Part shown: positions 25,154-32,641 of the stretch, in pieces
Position numbering within the stretch: the first letter of the stretch is position 1
Layout: the number at the start of each line of letters is the position of its first letter
IMG/VR virus record: IMGVR_UViG_3300044676_001308
Span: 1 to 33,597 of that record
Length of the DNA: 33,597 bases
Strand: one strand, 5' to 3'
DNA from: a virus
Taxonomy: Duplodnaviria > Caudoviricetes
The notes under the pieces: model-generated
The model's input: only the letters and a program-made list of their open reading frames with translations
What the model was told of the DNA's origin: nothing
Database searches by the model: none
Translations under genes and position numbers: made by a program

Positions 25154-25586
25154 AGACTTGATTGAACAGATTAAACTAGATCTTACGAAGCATGAAGGCT
25201 GTAAGACAGATGTTTATCTATGTTCAGAGGGCTATGCAACCGCAGGTATCGGACATATGTTGGTTGGAGATGAGGAGATGCCTGTTGGCACTGAAGTCTC
25301 AATGGAACAGGTGTTAGAATGGTTTAAGTCTGATTTCGATGAGGCTGTTGCAGACTGTTGCGCTTTGTTTCTAAACTTTGCATCACTGCCTGCTCAAGTA
25401 CAGCGTGTGTTGGTGAACATGGCCTTTAATCTCGGACGCAACAGACTCGGTAAGTTTAAGCAGATGATCACCGCAGTCAATGAAGGTAACTGGGTTAAAG
25501 CCGCTAATGAGATGGTAGACTCTCGTTGGTACAACCAAGTTGGCAACAGGTCTATTGAGTTAGAAAACTGGATGAGAAACGCATAA
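25146..25586 (+). CDS. Phage lysozyme (GH24, T4-like muramidase)
   Basis: HEG...Y.C..G..T.GIGH triad E17/C26/T32, NMAFNLG, AANEM.DSRW..QV..R. Confidence 0.9.
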   Translation: MTEDLIEQIKLDLTKHEGCKTDVYLCSEGYATAGIGHMLVGDEEMPVGTEVSMEQVLEWFKSDFDEAVADCCALFLNFASLPAQVQRVLVNMAFNLGRNRLGKFKQMITAVNEGNWVKAANEMVDSRWYNQVGNRSIELENWMRNA

Positions 25587-26545
25587 TGGCTGAATATACT
25601 ATTCGTTATAAAACATCAGGTCCTCTTGGCGAAAGACGCTCTGCAAAAATTGAAGCAAACTCAGCAGAGGAAGCTAAAGAGCTATTTAAAGCAAACCGTG
25701 TTCCAGAAATTAAAAACATTGAATCTGGTAAATATAATGTTTCAGATTTAAGTAGTCGTTATAACCCAACAGGGTTTTCACCACGGGTTACTGTGCAAGA
25801 AGTATACGAAGCAGGGAGTCCACCTCCCTCTAAAGGAATGTTTGATGTTCCGTTAGAGAACGCACAGAAGACACAGATTCCGGGAACACTACCGACATAT
25901 AAAAAAGCAAAAGACTTGTTAGACGTTGAAGCTCCTGAAGGGAAAACTTTAGACTACGGTGCAGGTCTTGGGTTGGGAAGTAAAGAACTTGATGCAGACT
26001 CGTTTGAACCATACCCAAAAGAAGGTTTTACACCAACATACAAGCAAGATACAGACATTCCAAGTAACTCATATAAGCGTTTAACAAATTTAAACGTATT
26101 GAATGTTGTTCCTCCTGCGGTGCGATACCATATTGTTAAAGACATTGGAAGAGTCTTAGAACCCGGCGGAGTTGCGGTAGTCACTACCAGAGGTAAAGAT
26201 GTTCTAACCGCAAAGTCTGGAAAGCCCGGTAAAGAACCTATGTCGGTTATTACATCGAAAGGCACATACCAGAAGGGATTTACTCCTACAGAGCTTGTTT
26301 ACTATCTTCAGCAAACACTAGGTGAAGGTTTTGAAGTTGTTAGAACTAACTTAGGCCCTGCAGGCGCTATTGTTAGAAAACTAGCTGGCCCGATTGGTGC
26401 GGCGGCTACAGTAGCTTCAATGCCTACATCAGCAGGCGAAGTTGCTGAAGAGTTCGGTATTATGTCAGCAGGCGAAGGCTCAGATTATGTACCGTTGTCA
26501 GGTGAGATGTTTATAGACCAGTTCAGGAACCCACTGCTTGACTAA
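25586..26545 (+). CDS. Class I SAM-dependent methyltransferase-domain protein with N- and C-terminal extensions
   Basis: LDYGAGLG motif I, NVLNVV, L.PGG...V, TYQKGF...EL..Y. Confidence 0.8.
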   Translation: MAEYTIRYKTSGPLGERRSAKIEANSAEEAKELFKANRVPEIKNIESGKYNVSDLSSRYNPTGFSPRVTVQEVYEAGSPPPSKGMFDVPLENAQKTQIPGTLPTYKKAKDLLDVEAPEGKTLDYGAGLGLGSKELDADSFEPYPKEGFTPTYKQDTDIPSNSYKRLTNLNVLNVVPPAVRYHIVKDIGRVLEPGGVAVVTTRGKDVLTAKSGKPGKEPMSVITSKGTYQKGFTPTELVYYLQQTLGEGFEVVRTNLGPAGAIVRKLAGPIGAAATVASMPTSAGEVAEEFGIMSAGEGSDYVPLSGEMFIDQFRNPLLD

Positions 26546-26554
26546 GGATAAATT

Positions 26555-26938
26555 ATGGCTGAATTAATACCATTTGATCCATCAATTCATGCACCACAAG
26601 ACGTAGGATTCGGCGCCCCATCGACAGAATATTTAGTGACAATTGATGGCCCAGACGGTGAAGTTATTGTTGTTCCTTCAATTTGGTGGAATGAAGAAGG
26701 AAAGCCTGTATTTTTAGGTGATATGGAAACGGATCAGATCTATCAAACAGATATTCTTGATTTAGTTAAGAAGTATGAAGACAGTACAAAAGAAAGATTT
26801 CCACGATTTGGAAAAGCAGGTGTACCAGATAACTATCGGATTGCCGACCGTTTTGCTCAAACTAGGTCAAAAGCTGGAGGAGCCTCAACAACACCATTAA
26901 CAAGGGCGTTAGATCAAGAGTTTTCACCCTTAAAATGA
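26555..26938 (+). CDS. Hypothetical protein
   Basis: TAAGGA SD; ATGA-coupled to terL. Confidence 0.75.
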   Translation: MAELIPFDPSIHAPQDVGFGAPSTEYLVTIDGPDGEVIVVPSIWWNEEGKPVFLGDMETDQIYQTDILDLVKKYEDSTKERFPRFGKAGVPDNYRIADRFAQTRSKAGGASTTPLTRALDQEFSPLK

Positions 26939-28191
26939 CTGAACTCAAAGTAGAGCTACTACCGTGGCAACAAGAGGTCTTTGATAGCCCGGTACGATTT
27001 AAGATTGTTGCGGCAGGGCGTCGAACTGGTAAAAGCCGATTAGCCGCATGGATGTTAATCATCAACGCATTGCAGACTGATAGAGGGCATGTATTCTACG
27101 TTGCACCGACACAGGGTCAGGCCCGTGACATTATGTGGAATACATTGTTAGAGTTAGGTAATCCGGTTGTTGCAAGCTCTCATGTCAACAACATGCAAAT
27201 TAAATTAATCAATGGTACAACGATATCATTGAAGGGTGCTGATAGACCTGAAACGATGCGAGGGGTGTCGTTGAAGTTCTTGGTACTCGATGAATACGCA
27301 GATATGAAACCATCTGTATGGGAGACTGTGTTACGACCTGCGCTGGCTGACCAGAAGGGTTCAGCGATGTTCATTGGAACACCGTTAGGACGTAACCACT
27401 TCTATGAATTGTTTAAGTACGGTGAGCTTGCCGATGATCCTACGTATCAGGCGTGGCACTTCACCAGTTACAACAATCCGTTATTAGATCCAGAAGAGAT
27501 CGACATCGCTAAGAAGTCAATGTCGAGCTATGCATTCCGGCAAGAGTTCATGGCTAGTTTTGAGGCTCTTGGCTCTGAGATTTTTAAGGAAGATTGGATT
27601 CAATTCACGGATGAAGAACCAAGCGAAGGTGACTACTATATTGCCGTTGACCTTGCAGGCTTTGCTGATGTTGCGGGTAAAGCAACGGGAAAGGCTTCAA
27701 AGCTTGATAATACGGCTATCGCCATCGTCAAAGCAGGGACTGAGGGGTGGTACGTTGCTGACATTATCTATGGGCGTTGGGACATCAAGAAAACAGCCCG
27801 TAAGATATTTGAAGCTGTTCGTGAGTATGAACCTGTTGCGGTGGGTATTGAAAAAGGTGCGTTACGTAATGCGGTTCTTCCGTACCTAACAGATTTAATG
27901 AAGTCTGGTCAACGATTCTTTAGAGTGGAAGAGTTGACCCACGGTAACAAGAAAAAGACTGATCGTGTTGTTTGGGCTTTGCAAGGACGCTTTGAGCATG
28001 GGAGCATCTCGTTAGCCGAAGGCGACTGGAACACAGAGTTCTTAGATGAACTGTTTCAGTTTCCAAATCCGCTAGTGCATGATGACTTAGTTGATGCACT
28101 GGCGTATATCGATCAGCTCGCCAAAGTTAGCTATTATGTTGACTTTGATGAGGTGGAGTTTGAAGTTATTGATCCAATAGCAGGATATTAA
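26935..28191 (+). CDS. terL: Terminase large subunit
   Basis: Walker A AGRRTGKS, Walker B LVLDE, GTP coupling motif, nuclease AVD and HDDLVDA. Confidence 0.95.
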   Translation: MTELKVELLPWQQEVFDSPVRFKIVAAGRRTGKSRLAAWMLIINALQTDRGHVFYVAPTQGQARDIMWNTLLELGNPVVASSHVNNMQIKLINGTTISLKGADRPETMRGVSLKFLVLDEYADMKPSVWETVLRPALADQKGSAMFIGTPLGRNHFYELFKYGELADDPTYQAWHFTSYNNPLLDPEEIDIAKKSMSSYAFRQEFMASFEALGSEIFKEDWIQFTDEEPSEGDYYIAVDLAGFADVAGKATGKASKLDNTAIAIVKAGTEGWYVADIIYGRWDIKKTARKIFEAVREYEPVAVGIEKGALRNAVLPYLTDLMKSGQRFFRVEELTHGNKKKTDRVVWALQGRFEHGSISLAEGDWNTEFLDELFQFPNPLVHDDLVDALAYIDQLAKVSYYVDFDEVEFEVIDPIAGY

Positions 28192-28192
28192 T

Positions 28193-30148
28193 ATGGATTA
28201 TGAAAATCGTTCAATGATGTTAGCAGGTCTTGAGAATTGGGTCATAGGTAAATGTGATCAATGGAGAGACCATTACGAAGCCAACTACTCTGAGAAGTTT
28301 GACGAGTATTACAGACTGTGGCGTGGTATTTGGGACCCATCAGATAAGATGCGAGACTCTGAGCGCTCACGCTTAATCAGCCCTGCACTACAACAAGCTG
28401 TCGAGTCTGCAGTCGCAGAGGTAGAGGAAGCAACATTCGGACGTGGTGTTTGGTTTGATATTAAAGACGACTTAGGCGATCAAAACCCGGTTGACGTACA
28501 ACAGCTACGCCAACAACTATCAGAAGATTTTGCTAAAACCCAAGTGCGGAAGTCTGTTGCAGAATGCGTACTCAATGCCGCTATCTTTGGCACTGGTATG
28601 GGTGAACTGGTTTTAGAAGAAAAGAAAGAAATGAGACCGGCAACACAGCCTGTACTAGACGGTGCTATGGCGGCGTTCGGTGTGATGGAAACAGATCGCT
28701 ATGTTGTTCGTCTGCGTCCGGTACTACCTCAGAACTTCCTGATTGATCCGGTTGCAACATCTATTGAAGAGGCAATGGGCGTAGCCATCGATGAATATGT
28801 ACCACGTCATCATATCTTGAATGGTATTGAAACAGGTATCTATCGTAACATTGATATCGAGAATACATACACCGATACAGACCTAGAGCCTGACAAGCAG
28901 TTGGTGATGTATGACGAAGACAAAGTACGTCTGACAAAGTATTACGGACTGATCCCATCTGAGCTGTATATCGAGGCGATTGCAGAGGGATTATCCGAAG
29001 AAGAAGTTGAAGATTTAGACAAGCCTACAACAGAGTACATTGAAGCTATTGTAGTGCTTGCTAACGGCGGTCAGTTGCTCAAGGTAGAGGCGAACCCCTA
29101 CATGATGCAAGATCGCCCTGTGGTGGCCTTCCCATGGGACGTTGTACCCGGACGTTTCTGGGGCCGTGGTATTTGTGAAAAAGGTTATAATGCTCAAAAG
29201 GCGTTGGATACCGAATTACGAGCTAGAATTGATGCGCTTGCGCTTACTGTACACCCTATGCTTGCTGTTGATGCTTCACGTCTTCCTAGAGGGGCAAAGA
29301 TGGAAATCCGACCCGGCAAGACGATTCTTACCAACGGAAATCCTGCAGAGATCCTCCAACCGTTTAAATTCGGGTCGCTTGATCAGGTCTCATTCACCCA
29401 AGCTCGTGACCTGCAAACTATGGTTCAGATGGCAACAGGTTCTATCGACGCCGCAGGAATCCCCGGCAGTATTAACGGAGACTCTACTGCCGCCGGTATC
29501 TCAATGTCGCTCGGTGCAATCATCAAGCGTCACAAGCGTACACTGATCAACTTCCAAGAAGCATTCTTGCTACCGTTTGTCGAGAAGGCGGCATACCGGT
29601 ATATGCAGTTTGATCCTGAGCTGTACCCTGTGCAGGACTACAAGTTTGTTGCATCAAGCTCGTTAGGTATCATCGCCCGTGAGTATGAAGTCACTCAGCT
29701 TGTACAGTTGTTGCAGACGATGTCACCTGATTCACCGATGTATCCGATGTTGATTGAGTCTATCGTAGACAACATGAACCTGTCGAATCGTGAACAGATC
29801 ATCGAAGGACTACGTCAGGCTAACCAACCTAATCCACAAGAAGAGCAAATGCAACAACAGCAGATGCAAGCTCAGATGGCACAGCAACAAGCGCAGTTGG
29901 ATCTATACAACGCTCAAGCGACTGAAGCAATGTCTAGAGCTAGGAAGAATGCCGCTGAAACAGGCTTAACTGCCTACGAGGCTGAAACAGATCGATTGAA
30001 GGTTCTAACGACCAACTTAGAACCCGGAGATCAGGATGAGAAAGAATTTGAGCGTAGAGTGAAGTTGGCTGAGTTGTTACTCAAAGAACGCTCTATTGCA
30101 TCAGATGAAGCTATTGTATCTAAACAAATGAGGGAGAATAATCAATGA
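28193..30148 (+). CDS. Portal protein (P22-like with C-terminal barrel)
   Basis: 651 aa directly after terL, FWGRG motif, Gln-rich C-terminal coil. Confidence 0.9.
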   Translation: MDYENRSMMLAGLENWVIGKCDQWRDHYEANYSEKFDEYYRLWRGIWDPSDKMRDSERSRLISPALQQAVESAVAEVEEATFGRGVWFDIKDDLGDQNPVDVQQLRQQLSEDFAKTQVRKSVAECVLNAAIFGTGMGELVLEEKKEMRPATQPVLDGAMAAFGVMETDRYVVRLRPVLPQNFLIDPVATSIEEAMGVAIDEYVPRHHILNGIETGIYRNIDIENTYTDTDLEPDKQLVMYDEDKVRLTKYYGLIPSELYIEAIAEGLSEEEVEDLDKPTTEYIEAIVVLANGGQLLKVEANPYMMQDRPVVAFPWDVVPGRFWGRGICEKGYNAQKALDTELRARIDALALTVHPMLAVDASRLPRGAKMEIRPGKTILTNGNPAEILQPFKFGSLDQVSFTQARDLQTMVQMATGSIDAAGIPGSINGDSTAAGISMSLGAIIKRHKRTLINFQEAFLLPFVEKAAYRYMQFDPELYPVQDYKFVASSSLGIIAREYEVTQLVQLLQTMSPDSPMYPMLIESIVDNMNLSNREQIIEGLRQANQPNPQEEQMQQQQMQAQMAQQQAQLDLYNAQATEAMSRARKNAAETGLTAYEAETDRLKVLTTNLEPGDQDEKEFERRVKLAELLLKERSIASDEAIVSKQMRENNQ

Positions 30149-30276
30149 TTACCCAATCAGAACTGAATCAAGTGTTGATAGAGATCAACAAAATCCTTGA
30201 TGGAATCAACAAACGCATTGCAGACTTAGAGAAGGCACAAGCCCCAACAAAGAAAACAACAACCGCTAAGTCTTGA
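30145..30276 (+). CDS. 43-aa coiled-coil microprotein (MITQSELNQVLIEINKILDGINKRIADLEKAQ...)
   Basis: Hand-translated. GGGAG SD; ATGA overlap with the portal stop. Confidence 0.65.
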   Translation: MITQSELNQVLIEINKILDGINKRIADLEKAQAPTKKTTTAKS

Positions 30277-30301
30277 CTTTTGGCATAAAATGTGCTAGAA
30301 T
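30273..30301 (+). promoter_or_regulatory. sigma70-like promoter for the head genes
   Basis: TTGACT, 17-nt spacer, TAGAAT with TGn extension. Confidence 0.7.
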
Positions 30302-30333
30302 ATTCTTTATAGACAACGCACCAATAGGAGAAT

Positions 30334-30585
30334 GTGTTGACAAAAGAAGACGAGAAATACTACGAAGTCTACTTTGACCTCTTTCTGCAACCGGGTTGGA
30401 AGCAGTTGGTAACAGACCTCACTGAAAGTTTGGATTCTTACCGAATAGAGGATATTGCAGATGCTGATGCCCTAAAGCGGGTACAAGGCGAAAGAGCAAT
30501 ATTAAGTAGGCTTGTAAACTTTGAAGTTTCTATAAAGGAAACCTACGATTTAATATTGGAGGCTGAACGTGCTGAAGCGCTTTGA
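30334..30585 (+). CDS. Conserved hypothetical protein between portal and scaffold
   Basis: AGGAG SD; LF..PGWKQL...QG pattern. Confidence 0.75.
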   Translation: MLTKEDEKYYEVYFDLFLQPGWKQLVTDLTESLDSYRIEDIADADALKRVQGERAILSRLVNFEVSIKETYDLILEAERAEAL

Positions 30586-30778
30586 CTTCCGATGTACAGA
30601 ATGTAATCACATTGAAGAACAGTGGATAGACTCTGAAGGGAATCTAGCTACATGTTATGAATGTGGACATACCGCCGTGCGGATAATCTCTCCGGTTCGA
30701 ACACATTATAAGGGATCAGGTTGGCCTGATGCTGACGATAAGTGGGCTAAGGACCACGAGAGAGCCGCTCGTAAATAA
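30569..30778 (+). CDS. FmdB-like zinc-ribbon protein
   Basis: FDFRC..C.H..E...C..CG....RIISP....KGSGW. Confidence 0.8.
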   Translation: MLKRFDFRCTECNHIEEQWIDSEGNLATCYECGHTAVRIISPVRTHYKGSGWPDADDKWAKDHERAARK

Positions 30779-30780
30779 TC

Positions 30781-30809
30781 ACTTCCATAATGCTTTAATA
30801 GCACGGAGT
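30781..30809 (+). promoter_or_regulatory. Stem-loop sequestering the scaffold SD
   Basis: TCC-ATAA-TGCT-TTAAT-AGCA-C-GGA; the GGAG SD lies in the 3' arm. Confidence 0.5.
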
Positions 30810-30814
30810 ACAAT

Positions 30815-31618
30815 ATGGCAAAACTAATTGAGCGTCCTGAAGAGGACACAACTGAAGAGTATGCAACGCTTGAACAAACCGAAGAGCAGATCGAAGAACC
30901 TGAACAACCTGAAGAGGTAACTGAGCAGGAAGATGAGATCCCTGACAAGTATCAAGGTAAAGATATCAAAGATATTGTCAGGATGCACCAAGAAGCTGAA
31001 AAGCTTTTAGGTCGTCAAAGTTCTGAAGTTGGAGAGTTGCGGAAAATCGTTGATGACTTCGTAAAGACTCAACTCGATACACAAAAACAAAGCCCACAGG
31101 CACAGGTCGAAGAAGACGACGATTTAGACTTCTTTTATGATCCTGAAGCCGCTGTTAAGAAGGCGATTGAACGTCATCCGAAGATTAAAGAAGCCGAAGA
31201 ATACACCCGTCAAGCGAAACAGGCGGCAATCATCGGTAAGATCGAACAGAAGCATCCAGACTTCAAAGACATTGTTTCTGACAATGCATTTGCAGAATGG
31301 GTCCAAGCTTCAAAGGTTCGAACAGAGCTTTATATTCGGGCAGACCAGCAATTTGACTTCGACAGTGCTGATGAGCTTCTCAGCCTCTGGAAAGAGCGCA
31401 GACAGGCAGTATCAAACACTGAAGATCTCAATAAAGCTGATCGGCAACGACAGGCAAGAGCCGCCTCTACAGGCGCCGCTAAAGGTTCAGGAGAAGCTCC
31501 ATCCCGGAAGATTTATCGACGTGCCGACATTATTGAACTCATGCAAAAAGACCCGAAGCGGTACAACTCCATGTCTGATGAGATTATGGCGGCGTATGCA
31601 GAGGGACGTGTTAAATAA
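30815..31618 (+). CDS. Capsid scaffolding protein
   Basis: Acidic N-terminus, IPDKYQGK, SSEVGELRK, C-terminal AYAEGRVK; precedes the capsid gene. Confidence 0.85.
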   Translation: MAKLIERPEEDTTEEYATLEQTEEQIEEPEQPEEVTEQEDEIPDKYQGKDIKDIVRMHQEAEKLLGRQSSEVGELRKIVDDFVKTQLDTQKQSPQAQVEEDDDLDFFYDPEAAVKKAIERHPKIKEAEEYTRQAKQAAIIGKIEQKHPDFKDIVSDNAFAEWVQASKVRTELYIRADQQFDFDSADELLSLWKERRQAVSNTEDLNKADRQRQARAASTGAAKGSGEAPSRKIYRRADIIELMQKDPKRYNSMSDEIMAAYAEGRVK

Positions 31619-31641
31619 TTTAAGCATTAAGGAGCTTAATC

Positions 31642-32580
31642 ATGGCACTTGGTACTAACCACGTCACCAATACTACTGGTGCAACATTCATTCCAGAAAT
31701 TTGGAGTGACGAAATCATTGCGGCATACGAGAAGTCACTCGTTCTTGCCAATCTCGTTAACCGTATGCCAATGACAGGCAAGAAAGGTGATACACTCCAT
31801 ATCCCTAAGCCTACTCGTGGCGATGCATCTGCAAAGTCTGCTGAAACTCAGGTAACACTGATTGCGGCAACTGAGTCAGAAGTACAAGTCTCTATCGATC
31901 AGCACTACGAGTATTCTCGTTTGATCGAAGACATCACTGACGTGCAAGCACTTGCTTCACTTCGTCAGTTCTATACTTCAGACGCTGGCTATGCACTTGC
32001 TAAGCAGGTCGATACTGACCTCTTTGCTCTCGGTAAGTCACTTGGTGACTCTGATGGTGCAGACTGGGTTCACAGCAACTCATTCTACATGGATGCCTCT
32101 ACAGACTTAACAGCGTATGCTGTTGACACTGTTGCGGCGGCTGATATCTTCTCTGACGATGCTTTCCGTCAAGCTGTCAAAGAGTTGGATGATGCTGACA
32201 CACCAATGGATCAACGATTCCTCGTTGTACCTCCATCGGTCATTCAGACTATCCGTGGCATTCAGCGTTATGTTTCTTCAGATTTCGTATCTGGACAAAC
32301 TGTTGTAAACGGAAATGTTGGTAGCCTTTACGGTATCGACATCTACGTATCAACCAACTGCCCAGTCATCGAAACTGCCGCAAACAATGCCGCAGGCGGT
32401 GACTTGAAAGCAGGTATCTTAGGTCATAAAGACGCTATGGTATTTGCTGAGCAGATGGGAGTACGCTCACAGACTCAATACAAGCAAGAGTATCTTGGTG
32501 ACTTGTTCACTGCAGACACTCTGTACGGCGTAAAGGTTTTACGTCCTGAGTCAGCTTTGGCATTGATCTTCAACGCCTAA
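31642..32580 (+). CDS. Major capsid protein (P22-coat-like HK97 fold)
   Basis: FIPEIWS, GDTLHIP, AGYALAKQVD, G.LYGIDIYVSTN, DTLYGVKVLRPE. TAAGGAG SD. Confidence 0.93.
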   Translation: MALGTNHVTNTTGATFIPEIWSDEIIAAYEKSLVLANLVNRMPMTGKKGDTLHIPKPTRGDASAKSAETQVTLIAATESEVQVSIDQHYEYSRLIEDITDVQALASLRQFYTSDAGYALAKQVDTDLFALGKSLGDSDGADWVHSNSFYMDASTDLTAYAVDTVAAADIFSDDAFRQAVKELDDADTPMDQRFLVVPPSVIQTIRGIQRYVSSDFVSGQTVVNGNVGSLYGIDIYVSTNCPVIETAANNAAGGDLKAGILGHKDAMVFAEQMGVRSQTQYKQEYLGDLFTADTLYGVKVLRPESALALIFNA

Positions 32581-32591
32581 AGCAACTACCG

Positions 32592-32613
32592 GGGGAGTCT
32601 ATTCAGGCTCCCC
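32592..32613 (+). terminator. Hairpin after the capsid gene (leaky terminator or stabiliser)
   Basis: GGGGAGTCT-ATTC-AGGCTCCCC with a poor U-tract. Confidence 0.55.
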
Positions 32614-32641
32614 TGCCTTATTCTAAATACTGGAGAGACTA

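Noticed and set aside
25586-26545. Methyltransferase as the enzyme behind the GCWGC/CCWGG bias
   Set aside because: It lacks the C5-MTase PC/ENV motifs, and self-methylation would remove rather than create pressure to avoid sites.
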